A stretch of 64,000 bases of DNA from contig JBMFOH010000009.1 of NCBI GenBank assembly GCA_049969715.1, positions 850 through 64,849 on the forward strand. The letters are read 5' to 3'. The translations under genes were made by a program, and so were the position numbers. Below the pieces are notes generated by a model. That model was given only the letters and a program-made list of their open reading frames with translations, was not told where the DNA came from and ran no database searches. This DNA is from a bacterium (GTDB lineage: Bacteria > DUMJ01). Of this stretch, positions 11,189 to 21,395 are shown piece after piece (position 1 is the first letter of the stretch; each line of letters starts with the position of its first letter).

Positions 11189-12427
11189 ATGGAAGTGAAA
11201 GAATTGGCTAAAAGGGCAAAGCTAGCTTCTTTTCTGTTGGCTAAAGCCAATACTTCTATAAAGAATAAGGCACTAGTTCTTATGGCTGATAAGTTAGAGG
11301 AAAAGATAGAGGATATCATTAGAGCCAATAGTATAGACCTTGAAAGCGCCAAGGGACTTTCTTCTGCCCTTATAGATAGGCTCACGTTGAATGAAAAGAG
11401 GATAGATTCTATGGCTGAATCCTTACGAGAGGTGTCTCGTCTCGATGACCCTATTGGTAAGGTGGTTTCTGCCTGGAAGAGACCTAATGGCTTAGAGATT
11501 CAAAAGATAAGGGTACCGATAGGACTCATTGGTATCATCTATGAGGCAAGGCCAAATGTTACTGCAGATGCAGCGGGATTATGTTTAAAAGCAGGAAATG
11601 CAGTGATACTAAAGGGGGGGTCTGAAGCTATAAATTCTAATAGAAAGATAGTAGAGGTCCTTCAAGAAGCTGTAAAAGAGGTTGGACTACCGCCAGAGGT
11701 TATCTCATTTATAGATGATACCCGTAGGGAAGCAACAGTAGAACTTATGCACTGTGATGAATATGTAGACCTTCTCATCCCAAGGGGTGGTGCTAACCTT
11801 ATAAAAACAGTGAGGAAGGAATCTACAGTTCCTGTAATAGAGACAGGGGTTGGTAACTGTCATGTATATGTAGATGATACCGCAGACCTAAAGATGGCAG
11901 AGGAGATTGTCTTTAATGCAAAGGTGCAAAGACCTGGGGTGTGTAATGCCATAGAGTCATTGCTTGTAAGTGAGAAGGTAATGGTGGAGTTCTTGCCGGT
12001 AATGCTAGAAAGATTGAAGAGTGTCGGAGTAGAGATAAGGGGATGTGAGAGGACGAGAGAGGTTGTCCCTTGGGTTATTCCTGCCACTGAGGAGGATTGG
12101 TATACAGAATACTTAGACCTTATCATAGCGGTTAAGGTTGTAAAGGATGTAGGTGAGGCAATAGCACATATAAACAGGTATGGAAGTCATCATTCGGAAA
12201 GTATCGTTACTAGGGACTATTTTAATGCAAGGAGGTTCCTCTTAGAGGTTGACGCTGCCTGTGTATATGTGAATGCTTCTACTAGATTTACCGATGGCTA
12301 TGAATTCGGTCTAGGGGCAGAGATAGGGATAAGTACTCAGAAGTTACACGCTAGAGGTCCTATGGGATTAGAGGAAATTACTACCACTAAGTATATCATC
12401 TATGGGGAAGGGCAGGTAAGAGGATGA
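11189..12427 (+). CDS. proA: Gamma-glutamyl phosphate reductase
   Basis: Aldehyde dehydrogenase-like ProA family, 412 aa. Confidence 0.9.
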   Translation: MEVKELAKRAKLASFLLAKANTSIKNKALVLMADKLEEKIEDIIRANSIDLESAKGLSSALIDRLTLNEKRIDSMAESLREVSRLDDPIGKVVSAWKRPNGLEIQKIRVPIGLIGIIYEARPNVTADAAGLCLKAGNAVILKGGSEAINSNRKIVEVLQEAVKEVGLPPEVISFIDDTRREATVELMHCDEYVDLLIPRGGANLIKTVRKESTVPVIETGVGNCHVYVDDTADLKMAEEIVFNAKVQRPGVCNAIESLLVSEKVMVEFLPVMLERLKSVGVEIRGCERTREVVPWVIPATEEDWYTEYLDLIIAVKVVKDVGEAIAHINRYGSHHSESIVTRDYFNARRFLLEVDAACVYVNASTRFTDGYEFGLGAEIGISTQKLHARGPMGLEEITTTKYIIYGEGQVRG

Positions 12428-13215
12428 GATATCGAATAGGTCTTATAGGTCTAGGAAATATGGCTACTGGCCTCCTTGAAGGGTGGAACAATAAGAATAG
12501 GCCGTTGGATGAATCTATTGGATTTGATATAAGGAAGGAAAGGTGCCTTTTTATAGAAGAGAGATTTAAGATTAAGATAGCCAAAGATATCTCTGAGGTG
12601 TCTGAAAGTGATATTATTGTTATTGCTGTAAAGCCACAAGATGCTAAAAAGATTAATCTTTTTATCCCTAAGGAGAGTCTTATCGTTTCTATAATGGCTG
12701 GGATTTCAATTAAAAGATTAGAATCTATATTTCCTGATAGGGCAATAGTAAGGATTATGCCGAATCTCCTTTGTGGTATAAATAAAAGCTTCATTCCGTT
12801 TACTACCAATGAGATGGTAGATGATGATAAGAAGAGACTCTTTATTGATTGGTTCAGTGATTTTGGCCCCGTAAGTGATATCCCTGAATCATATATGAGT
12901 GTGATGACTGCCCTAAATGGAAGTGGTCCTGGTTTTGTTGCCTATTTAATGGAAGGATTCATTGATGGGGCTGTTTGTGAAGGACTCCCATATGATACTG
13001 CATTAAAATTGACCTTGAGTATCTTTGAGGGAACTGCAGAATTGATTAAAAAGAATATGGTGACTCCGAATTCTTTTAGGTCCAATGTTACTTCCTCTGG
13101 GGGGACTACTGCTAAAGGCATATACGCTCTAGAGAAGATGGGGGTAAAGGGTGCCTTGTATGATATGGTAAGATTTAGTAGTGAAAGGGCTAGGGAATTA
13201 GAATCGAAAGATTAG
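12424..13215 (+). CDS. proC: Pyrroline-5-carboxylate reductase
   Basis: N-terminal Rossmann motif IGLIGLGNMA and ProC C-terminal domain; ATGA overlap with proA. Confidence 0.85.
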   Translation: MRYRIGLIGLGNMATGLLEGWNNKNRPLDESIGFDIRKERCLFIEERFKIKIAKDISEVSESDIIVIAVKPQDAKKINLFIPKESLIVSIMAGISIKRLESIFPDRAIVRIMPNLLCGINKSFIPFTTNEMVDDDKKRLFIDWFSDFGPVSDIPESYMSVMTALNGSGPGFVAYLMEGFIDGAVCEGLPYDTALKLTLSIFEGTAELIKKNMVTPNSFRSNVTSSGGTTAKGIYALEKMGVKGALYDMVRFSSERARELESKD

Positions 13216-13236
13216 ATAGGAAAGGAAGTGAGTATA

Positions 13237-14235
13237 ATGCTGAAGGTAGCAGTAATTGGTGCAGGAGTAATGGGAAGTACCCACACTTGGTGTTGGAGCC
13301 AGATAGGTAATGTCAAGGTCCAGGCAGTATGCGATATTGATACAAATAAGGCTGAGGCTCTTGCCAGAGATTACAATACTGATAGCTATTCATCCTTTGA
13401 TAGTATTGTAAAGAATTCGGATATAGATATTATAGACATATGTACTCCTACTCCATTACATAAAGATATGGCTATTGACTCCTTAAAGAGAGGGAAACAT
13501 ACCCTCTTAGAAAAGCCTATCGCTAGAACTCTGAAGGATGCAAGAGAGATCGTAGAGGTGGCAAAACAGGGAGATGCAAAATTTATGGTTGCCCACGTGG
13601 TTAGATTTTTCCCGGAGTATGTTGCGGCAAAGAGATTAGTTGATAATGGTGCACTGGGGATAGCTAGGATGGCTAGGACGAAGAGGGGTGGACAATTTCC
13701 CCCTAAGAGGTGGAGTGACTGGTATAGAGATGTAGAGATGAGTGGAGGCTGTATTGTAGATACTGGAATCCATGACTTTGATTATCTACGTTGGATATTT
13801 GGAGAGGTAGAAAGGGTGTTTGCCTATGCATTAACCTGGAAGAGTATAGATAGGAAGGATTATGCCCTGGTAACATTGAGATTTAGGTCTAAGGCTATGG
13901 CTCAGTGTGAGATTACTTGGGCTCAGCCATTGGGAACTCCATTCAGGACAAGTTTTGAGATTATAGGGACAGATGGGTTAGTAAGTAACGATAATCTGGA
14001 ATCTAGTGCTATGAAGGTACTTACTTCTAAGGACGATAGACCGTATATCTTTTATGAAAGTCCATTGGCTGAGAGTCCTTACTTGACAGAGATAAGGCAC
14101 TTCCTATCCTGTGTAGAAGAAAACAGAGACCCTCTAGTAACCCCCGAGGATGCTTATCGGGCGCTAGAGATCGCCTTAGCCGCCCTTGAATCGGCAAGGG
14201 TAAATAGGGCTATATCCATTGGAGGTGATATATAA
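13237..14235 (+). CDS. Gfo/Idh/MocA family NAD(P)-dependent oxidoreductase
   Basis: VAVIGAGVMG Rossmann motif and EKP motif. The RBS AAAGGAAG favours the ATG at 13237 over the track's GTG at 13228. Confidence 0.8.
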   Translation: MLKVAVIGAGVMGSTHTWCWSQIGNVKVQAVCDIDTNKAEALARDYNTDSYSSFDSIVKNSDIDIIDICTPTPLHKDMAIDSLKRGKHTLLEKPIARTLKDAREIVEVAKQGDAKFMVAHVVRFFPEYVAAKRLVDNGALGIARMARTKRGGQFPPKRWSDWYRDVEMSGGCIVDTGIHDFDYLRWIFGEVERVFAYALTWKSIDRKDYALVTLRFRSKAMAQCEITWAQPLGTPFRTSFEIIGTDGLVSNDNLESSAMKVLTSKDDRPYIFYESPLAESPYLTEIRHFLSCVEENRDPLVTPEDAYRALEIALAALESARVNRAISIGGDI

Positions 14236-15224
14236 TGAAAGGTGCAATACTGAGTTTTGCTCATATGCATGCCTATAGTTATATAGAATGTCTAAGAGAG
14301 ATACCGGATGTGGAGATAGTAGCGATAGCAGATGAAGACGTCGATAGAGGAAAGGCTTTATCCGATAGGTATAGTACTAGGTTCTACAGAGATTACGAGG
14401 ACCTGTTGAAAAAAGAAGAGATAGACTTTGTAGTTGTATGCTCTGAGAATATCAAGCATAGGAATATGGTAATAGCTAGTGCCCAGGCTAAGAAGCATAT
14501 TCTCTGTGAGAAGCCTATATCTACTGATATTTTTAGCGCTAAGGAAATGATAAAGGCAGCTCAGGATTATGGGGTCCAGCTTCAGATTGCATTCCCTGTA
14601 AGATTTTCTCCTGTGATTAGAAGGGTAAAGGGTATGATAGAGAAGGGAGACCTTGGTAAGATTCTTGCCTTTAACTGTACAAACCATGGAAAGATGCCTG
14701 GAGGATGGTTTATAGATAGAGCCCTCTCAGGTGGTGGAGCAATAATGGACCATACCGTTCATGTGATGGATATACTCAGGTGGTATCTGGGCTGTGAAGC
14801 CTCTTATGTGTATGCAGAAGGCGGTACCCTCCTCCATAATATCTCTATAGATGATGTAGGCTTAGTAAATATTGCTTTTGAAAATGGAGTGTTTGCTGCG
14901 ATAGATACAAGTTGGTCTAGGCCTGAGGTGTTTCCTATTTGGGGGGATGTAAATATAGAGCTTGTAGCTGAGAATGGTGTAGTAGAGTTAGAGGTATTCA
15001 ATCAAAATGATATTCTTTATTCCGATAGGTCTAGAAGTATCTCTTGGATAAGCTGGGGGTCCAATATAGACCTCCTTATGGTCAAGGGCTTCATAGATGC
15101 TATAAGGGGCAATAAGCCAGTAGAGGTTACAGGCTACGATGGACTAAAGGCAATGGAGGTTGCTTTAGCTAGTTATAGGTCGATAGAGCTGAAAGAACCG
15201 GTATCACTTCCTTTGGAGGAATGA
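14235..15224 (+). CDS. Gfo/Idh/MocA family oxidoreductase
   Basis: GFO_IDH_MocA N- and C-terminal domains (…LCEKPIS…). One-nt TAATG overlap with the preceding gene. Confidence 0.8.
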   Translation: MKGAILSFAHMHAYSYIECLREIPDVEIVAIADEDVDRGKALSDRYSTRFYRDYEDLLKKEEIDFVVVCSENIKHRNMVIASAQAKKHILCEKPISTDIFSAKEMIKAAQDYGVQLQIAFPVRFSPVIRRVKGMIEKGDLGKILAFNCTNHGKMPGGWFIDRALSGGGAIMDHTVHVMDILRWYLGCEASYVYAEGGTLLHNISIDDVGLVNIAFENGVFAAIDTSWSRPEVFPIWGDVNIELVAENGVVELEVFNQNDILYSDRSRSISWISWGSNIDLLMVKGFIDAIRGNKPVEVTGYDGLKAMEVALASYRSIELKEPVSLPLEE

Positions 15225-15225
15225 G

Positions 15226-16356
15226 ATGTTTGGCCTAAAAGGGAATATTGTAGTAGGAGACAGTATAATAGAGAACTGGGTTCTGATAGTAGAAGACGAC
15301 CACATTTATGACATTAGCCCAGAATTAGACAATATCCCTATTGAGATATTTAAAGATTGTTATATTATGCCAGGCTTTGTGGATATTCATACCCATGGAG
15401 CAGTGGGTGTAGATGTGATGGATGGTGACCCTCAAGGGATAGTAAAGATGGCTGAATTTTTGGCTGCCCATGGTGTTACCTCATTTTTACCAACTACCAC
15501 TACTCTTGATATAGAAACTACGAGAAAAGCGATATTAGCTGTTAAAAGAGCAAAAGAGATAGATAGTAAAGGGGCTAAGATTATTGGTGTCCATCTTGAA
15601 GGTCCATTTATAAATCCGAAGTATAAAGGTGCCCAGAATGAACAGTTTATAGTTGAACCAACGAGAGAGATGATTAACAAACTCACTGAAGAAGACATTA
15701 TAAGGCTTGTTACTATTGCCCCAGAGCTTTCTGGCTCTAAAGAGGCTATAAAGATATTGAAAGATAAAGGAATATATGTCTCTATGGGACACTCTGATGC
15801 TACCTATGAGGATACTATGAAGGGAGTAATCTCGGGAGCAACCCAGGTTACTCATCTCTTCAATGGAATGAGACCATTTCACCATAGAGAACCTGGAATA
15901 ATAGGTGCAGCGCTTGGAGAAGATACTGTAAGATGTCAGATTATAGCAGATGGTATACATCTACATTTTGGAACCATAAGGATGGTATATAAGGCAAAAG
16001 GATATAAAAATCTCATCCTCATAAGTGATAGTATGAGCGCTACTGGCCTTTCAGATGGAAATTACGAGATAGGTGGGCTTAAGGTTTCAGTGAAAAGCGG
16101 TGCCCCAAGACTTCCCAATGGAAGTCTTGCAGGTAGTACCCTCACTTTAGATATAGCAGTAAGAAATATGGTAAACAAGGTATTCATCCCTCTCCCACTT
16201 GTCTCTAGAATGGCATCTAAGGTTCCTGCAGAGAGTGTAGGGGAATTTGATATAGGCGAATTCTCCTACGGCAAGAAAGCAGACATAACAATCATAGATA
16301 AGTCCTTCAATGTGATAAGAACATACATAGACGGAAGACTTATCTATGAGGTGTAA
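15226..16356 (+). CDS. nagA: N-acetylglucosamine-6-phosphate deacetylase
   Basis: Amidohydrolase motifs FVDIHTHG and HLEGPFI. GGAGGA RBS. Confidence 0.8.
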   Translation: MFGLKGNIVVGDSIIENWVLIVEDDHIYDISPELDNIPIEIFKDCYIMPGFVDIHTHGAVGVDVMDGDPQGIVKMAEFLAAHGVTSFLPTTTTLDIETTRKAILAVKRAKEIDSKGAKIIGVHLEGPFINPKYKGAQNEQFIVEPTREMINKLTEEDIIRLVTIAPELSGSKEAIKILKDKGIYVSMGHSDATYEDTMKGVISGATQVTHLFNGMRPFHHREPGIIGAALGEDTVRCQIIADGIHLHFGTIRMVYKAKGYKNLILISDSMSATGLSDGNYEIGGLKVSVKSGAPRLPNGSLAGSTLTLDIAVRNMVNKVFIPLPLVSRMASKVPAESVGEFDIGEFSYGKKADITIIDKSFNVIRTYIDGRLIYEV

Positions 16357-16368
16357 GAGTCGAGCTTT

Positions 16369-16782
16369 TTATACCTTGTCCTTACACTTTTTACAGTAGC
16401 CGTAGTATACAGTTTGAGCTCTTAGGACCTTAAAGTCTGATAGTTCAGAGGTCTCCTTTACCTCTTCCTTTGTTGGTATATCATATATACCCCCGCACCT
16501 TAAACATACAAAGTGATTATGGGGTGTAATATTGGGATCGAAGTGTGCCTTCCCATCGCCTACGTCTAACCTCTGAATGGTTCCAATCTCTACTAGCTCA
16601 TTCAGGGTCTTATAGATGGTGGCTATTGATATGGTTGGTGCAACCTTGGCTACTTCTCTATACAGGTCCTCTACTGTAGGATGGGTCTTGTTACCCTCTA
16701 GCGCCTCAGCTACAAGCTGTCTCTGAGGAGTTATCTTAAATCCTCTCTCTTTTATCTCTTTTATGATTCTAGTACTCTTCAT
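16369..16782 (-). CDS. Fur-family transcriptional regulator (Fur/PerR/Zur type)
   Basis: Winged helix plus HNHFVCLRCG…CKKC metal-binding site, 137 aa. Confidence 0.8.
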   Translation of the reverse strand: MKSTRIIKEIKERGFKITPQRQLVAEALEGNKTHPTVEDLYREVAKVAPTISIATIYKTLNELVEIGTIQRLDVGDGKAHFDPNITPHNHFVCLRCGGIYDIPTKEEVKETSELSDFKVLRAQTVYYGYCKKCKDKV

Positions 16783-16791
16783 AGCAATACA

Positions 16792-18147
16792 TTATACTAC
16801 AGTATGTAGCGGTAAATCTAGTCCTGCAAAACTTGCTTCCATTATTACCTCTGGAAGGGTTGGATGGGCATGGATCGTCTCTCCAATCTCGTCTAATGTC
16901 AACCTTTCCTTTACTGCTAAGGTTATTTCTCCTAGAAGGATTGATGCAGATGGACCTATTATATGAGCTCCTATAAGCTCTCTTTTTTCATTTGCTACAA
17001 GTTTTACTAACCCGTCCCACTTTCCAATAGCTAGCGCATATCCAGATGCTCTAAATGGGAATCTCCCCACAATAGGGTTAATTCCTTGATTCTTTGCCTG
17101 TGCCTCAGTAAGCCCAACACTTCCTATCTGAGGTTCACAGAATGTTGCTCTTGGCACAGCAGTATAGTCCATCCTTTCTCTCTTACCCATGATGTTGTCT
17201 ATTGCTACAAGTCCCTGATGGGATGCAGTGTGAGCAAATAATGATATACCCGTTACATCACCTATTGCATAGACATTAGGGATATTTGTCTGAAGGTAAT
17301 CATCCACTAGGATATATCCTTTACCATTTACCTTGATGCCGATATCTTCTATTCCTAATTCTTCTGTATTTGCTTTTCTCCCAACTGCTACTAGAACCTT
17401 CTCTCCCTTTATATGTTCTCCACTCTCAAGTATTACTCCATCCTCAGTGACATCCTTTACTATTGTCTTTAGGTATAATTTTATGCCTTTTCTCTTGAGA
17501 TTTCTCTCAAGTATCCTGGAAACCTCTTCATCCTCTGTAGGCACCACCCTATCCATCATCTCTACGATACTTACATCTACCCCTAGATCACTATAGAATG
17601 TTGCAAACTCTACTCCTATAGCTCCTGCACCAATTATTACCACACTCTTTGGTATATATGGGTCTGAGAGCGCAGAATCGCTTGTGATGATATGGGTATT
17701 GTCTATCTTAAGTGGTCCTATATTAGTGATAGGAAGAGAGCCAGTAGCTAATATAATAATATCACCTTCAAGCCTTTCTCCATTAGATAACAAGACCTCT
17801 TTTTGGCTTACAAGTCTTGCCTTTCCCTTTATCAGATTTACCTTACGCTTTGAGAGGAGAAATTCTACCCCTTTTACTAGTTGGTCTACTACTTGTTCTT
17901 TTCTTTTAAAGATTCTATCTATATCAACAGAATAATCCTTTATATCGATCCCAAAATCCTTGGCTGATTTTATATCACTTATCCTCTCTGTAGCTGCAAG
18001 TAATGCCTTCGTTGGGATACATCCTTTGTTGAGGCATACCCCTCCTACCCTTTCCTCTTCTATTAGTGTGATGTTTAATCCCAATTGGGAGCCTCTCAGT
18101 GCAGATACATATCCGCCAGGACCACCACCAATTATAATAACGTGCAT
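16792..18147 (-). CDS. lpd: Dihydrolipoyl dehydrogenase
   Basis: GGGPGGYVSA FAD motif and redox-active disulfide GGVCLNKGCIPTK. Confidence 0.9.
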   Translation of the reverse strand: MHVIIIGGGPGGYVSALRGSQLGLNITLIEEERVGGVCLNKGCIPTKALLAATERISDIKSAKDFGIDIKDYSVDIDRIFKRKEQVVDQLVKGVEFLLSKRKVNLIKGKARLVSQKEVLLSNGERLEGDIIILATGSLPITNIGPLKIDNTHIITSDSALSDPYIPKSVVIIGAGAIGVEFATFYSDLGVDVSIVEMMDRVVPTEDEEVSRILERNLKRKGIKLYLKTIVKDVTEDGVILESGEHIKGEKVLVAVGRKANTEELGIEDIGIKVNGKGYILVDDYLQTNIPNVYAIGDVTGISLFAHTASHQGLVAIDNIMGKRERMDYTAVPRATFCEPQIGSVGLTEAQAKNQGINPIVGRFPFRASGYALAIGKWDGLVKLVANEKRELIGAHIIGPSASILLGEITLAVKERLTLDEIGETIHAHPTLPEVIMEASFAGLDLPLHTVV

Positions 18148-18695
18148 TCTATCCTCCTTTTCTCTGTTATTACTATATCTACCTTTTCATCCCAATGGTC
18201 TTCAAACTCTTCCTCCACTACCTGGAAATCATAAGCAAGACCAATTTTTAATACATAGGGAGGCAAGGATTTTAAGAACTTGTCAAAGTGTCCTCCTCCA
18301 TGTCCTATCCTATGCAGGTTTGTATTAAATGCAATGCCTGGAACTATAATGACTTCGAGCATAGAGATGTCAAAGAAAGAAGAATCTTCTGGCTCTAAAA
18401 CTTTAAAGGCACCTATAGATAATTCTTCTAGGCTTTTTATCCTTACAGGGACTATGCTATTGCAAACTACTTTAGGAACTACCAGTATCTTCCCGTCTTT
18501 TAATACCTCTTTTAATATCTTAAATGTAGAGACTTCTCTAGGAGTGCTTACATAGCTCATTATGGTCTTATATGGCCTTATAGTCTCAAGTATCACATCC
18601 TGTATTATCTCACTCCAACTATCTAAAATCTCTCTAGGATAGAACTCAAAGCTCCTCTTTACCATATCTCTCAGTCTACTCTTTGTTGTATTCAT
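18132..18695 (-). CDS. 5-formyltetrahydrofolate cyclo-ligase (probable)
   Basis: 187 aa. …IIVPGIAFN…RIGHGGGHFDKFL resembles the MTHFS G-x-G-y-YD motif. The gene is adjacent to folD. Confidence 0.6.
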   Translation of the reverse strand: MNTTKSRLRDMVKRSFEFYPREILDSWSEIIQDVILETIRPYKTIMSYVSTPREVSTFKILKEVLKDGKILVVPKVVCNSIVPVRIKSLEELSIGAFKVLEPEDSSFFDISMLEVIIVPGIAFNTNLHRIGHGGGHFDKFLKSLPPYVLKIGLAYDFQVVEEEFEDHWDEKVDIVITEKRRIECTLL

Positions 18696-19531
18696 AGATT
18701 GTTCCTCATTTTGTATGCCTTTAAGACGTTACTCATTAACATTGCTACTGTCATTAGTCCCACTCCGCCTGGAACAGGGGTTATGTAAGATGCTATCTCT
18801 TCTACCTCCTCAAAATCTACATCTCCCACGAGCTTATTTTCTACTTTATTTATTCCTACATCTATTACTACTGCCCCAGGCTTTACCATATCTTTCTTTA
18901 TAAGTCTTGGTACCCCTACAGCTACTACCAGTATATCTGCTTGAGATGTCTCTTCCTTGAGGTCTTTAGTTTTAGAGTGACATACAGTGACAGTTGCATC
19001 CATAGAGAGCAAGAGGTGAAAAAGGGGTTTTCCGACCAGATTACTCCTCCCTACAATCACTGCCTTCTTACCTCTTACCTCTATGTTCTCTCTCCTTATT
19101 AACTCTACTATCCCTAGAGGGGTACAAGGTACTATTGTCGGTTTTCCACTCAATAGATTCCCTAGATTCTCTGGATGGAGTCCATCCACATCCTTTATGG
19201 GAAGTACACTTCTTGTTATTTCGATCTCATCCATGTGTTCAGGTAGAGGGAGTTGCACTATGATTCCACTTATCCTGTTATCCTCGTTTAGCTGCAATAT
19301 GCTCTTGAGGACCTCTTCTTTTGTGGCAGACTCAGGAAATCTTACTAATGTAAAGTCTATCCCTAATCTCTTGCATGCCTTTTCTTTATTTCTTACATAT
19401 GTGGCTGATGCTGGGTCGTCTCCTACCAGTATTACTGCCAAACCTATCCTTCCCCTATGTGGAGCAATCTCAGCTTCTAACTCTCTATATATTTCTTCTG
19501 ATATCCTCTTTCCCTCTATAATCCTTGCCAT
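18692..19531 (-). CDS. folD: Bifunctional methylene-THF dehydrogenase/methenyl-THF cyclohydrolase
   Basis: FolD family, 279 aa, with conserved catalytic and NAD(P)-binding regions. Confidence 0.9.
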   Translation of the reverse strand: MARIIEGKRISEEIYRELEAEIAPHRGRIGLAVILVGDDPASATYVRNKEKACKRLGIDFTLVRFPESATKEEVLKSILQLNEDNRISGIIVQLPLPEHMDEIEITRSVLPIKDVDGLHPENLGNLLSGKPTIVPCTPLGIVELIRRENIEVRGKKAVIVGRSNLVGKPLFHLLLSMDATVTVCHSKTKDLKEETSQADILVVAVGVPRLIKKDMVKPGAVVIDVGINKVENKLVGDVDFEEVEEIASYITPVPGGVGLMTVAMLMSNVLKAYKMRNNL

Positions 19532-19614
19532 TTATAATACCTCTCTATTGGGATTCCTCCGAAAGTTATAGGGAATACCTTTATACCTATGTTGCCTAGT
19601 GTTCTCTTTACCAA

Positions 19615-20619
19615 TTATTCCTCCTCTTCGAACCTTTCTATCTGAGATATCAATACCTCCTCTATAGTGAGATTCCTTACCTTATTTTTGTATAGTTGTC
19701 TACCAAGGAGATTGTCACCTTTTATCCATCGATCCTCGGGCTTATCCTTTAGAATGTTATAGAACCTATTTACCTGGGCACTTAGATAATCCGCCCTGTG
19801 AACAGTCTCTGCCTCTAAGGTCATTGGTAAAACGGGCGAACCAGTGGAGTAGTCTCCATGGTGACTAAGTATTATATGGATGATCTGCTGAAGGTCTCCT
19901 GGATTAAGATCTGGTACCCCTCTTGCCCTTTCCTTTACTCCCATCGCCCCTATAAATATATGTCCAAGAAGTCTTCCCTTCGTAGAATAGTCTATCTGAG
20001 TATTGTATATGAGTTCGTCTATCTTACCTATATCATGCAAGATAGAGCCGGCAATCACTAAGTCTCTATTTATCTCTGGATAGAGCTCACTTGTTAAAAG
20101 GCATATCTTGCAGACCTCCCAAGTGTGCTCTATGAGGCCTCCTATATAGGCATGATGTATGATCTTCCCAGCAGGTGCTATAAGAAATTTTCTTATAAGG
20201 TTTTCATCGTTTAAGAATGAATTTACCAGTCCTTTTATCCCTTCATTAGTTATCTCTTCTGTGTATTTTTTTAGCTCTTTTAGGAGTAAAAGAGGGTCCC
20301 TCTCTCCTTGAGGGATAAAATCTTTAGGATCGAAATGATTGGTAGGTTCTAAACTCTCTAAAGATATCTCTAGATTATTGTTAAATTCTCTTACCCTTCC
20401 TGTTATCTCGTATACCAGTCCTATTGATATCTCTCTTCCGTCGTAATCCCACATTTTTGCCAAGATACAACCAGTTTTATCTCCGATTGTAAGACTAATA
20501 TAGGACTTTCCATTTTTGTCTAACAGAGTAGACTTCTTTGTTACCAAAAATGGAACCTTTTCTAATATAGTTCCTTCCTTAAGGTCTGAGATATAATATC
20601 TTTTCATCTTGGATACCAC
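19615..20619 (-). CDS. OB-fold plus HD-domain protein, YhaM-like 3'-5' exoribonuclease
   Basis: N-terminal OB fold and an HD domain (HHAYIGGLIEHT…HDIGK). Confidence 0.6.
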   Translation of the reverse strand: MVSKMKRYYISDLKEGTILEKVPFLVTKKSTLLDKNGKSYISLTIGDKTGCILAKMWDYDGREISIGLVYEITGRVREFNNNLEISLESLEPTNHFDPKDFIPQGERDPLLLLKELKKYTEEITNEGIKGLVNSFLNDENLIRKFLIAPAGKIIHHAYIGGLIEHTWEVCKICLLTSELYPEINRDLVIAGSILHDIGKIDELIYNTQIDYSTKGRLLGHIFIGAMGVKERARGVPDLNPGDLQQIIHIILSHHGDYSTGSPVLPMTLEAETVHRADYLSAQVNRFYNILKDKPEDRWIKGDNLLGRQLYKNKVRNLTIEEVLISQIERFEEEE

Positions 20620-21395
20620 GCCATTGCCTTGGTAGTATATCCTATACCCTGGTTACCTTTTCTATCTATTACTATAACACCACATTCAATACCCTTTGAT
20701 CTTGCCTCTTCTATTACCATATCTACCGCTTCTTGTGCTGTGTATTCTCTTAAAAATATATCTATTTTTTTAGCTAATCCAAACCTCATAATATCCTCTC
20801 CCAGCCCAGTAGCAGATATTCCACCCCAAAAGGAGGCATAGGTTCCTGCCCCTATAATTGGGCTATCACCAATTCTACCTGGCAGCTTTCCCTTTATCCC
20901 ACCAGTAGATGTGCCCGCTGATATCTTTCCTCTTTTATCTAAGGCTACTGCCCCTACTGTATCAGCAGAAACTCTTCCCGGATTGTTTTTTGGAATAAAA
21001 GGAGGTAGATTGAATCTCTCTCCAAATTTCTCAGCCCCTTCTCCTACCAGAATTATATGTGGGGATTCTTCCATTACTAATCTGGCTAATTTTATCGGGT
21101 TTCTTACCGTTCTTACCCCCCCTACCGCTCCTGCCTTTCCATCTGAAATCATAATGGCAGCATCCATCTCTATATAACCTTTCCTGTTTGGAAAGGACCC
21201 TTTTCCGGCATCAAATACCCCACTGTCTTCCATAGACATTATTACCCTTTCTACTACTGAAAGGGCATCCCATCCGTCTTCTAAAAGTTTATAACCATCC
21301 TCCCATATATTCTTGAGATTCTTCTGATATATCTCTAGGGTTTTATCTGATATATCTCCTGCACCACCATGTATTAACAGCTTAACCTGCTTCAT
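20604..21395 (-). CDS. Isoaspartyl peptidase / L-asparaginase (Ntn-hydrolase)
   Basis: GAVALD…GTSTGG threonine-nucleophile region. Confidence 0.8.
   Translation of the reverse strand: MKQVKLLIHGGAGDISDKTLEIYQKNLKNIWEDGYKLLEDGWDALSVVERVIMSMEDSGVFDAGKGSFPNRKGYIEMDAAIMISDGKAGAVGGVRTVRNPIKLARLVMEESPHIILVGEGAEKFGERFNLPPFIPKNNPGRVSADTVGAVALDKRGKISAGTSTGGIKGKLPGRIGDSPIIGAGTYASFWGGISATGLGEDIMRFGLAKKIDIFLREYTAQEAVDMVIEEARSKGIECGVIVIDRKGNQGIGYTTKAMAWYPR

Noticed and set aside
12396-12809. 137-aa minus-strand ORF overlapping proA and proC, and the similar 12451..12639 ORF
   Set aside because: They are antisense to two conserved, translationally coupled biosynthetic genes and have no RBS. They are shadow ORFs.
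17333-18555. Plus-strand ORFs inside the lpd and MTHFS genes (17333..17596, 17684..17935, 17960..18328, 18280..18555)
   Set aside because: They are antisense shadow ORFs with low-complexity Ser/Pro/Leu-rich translations.
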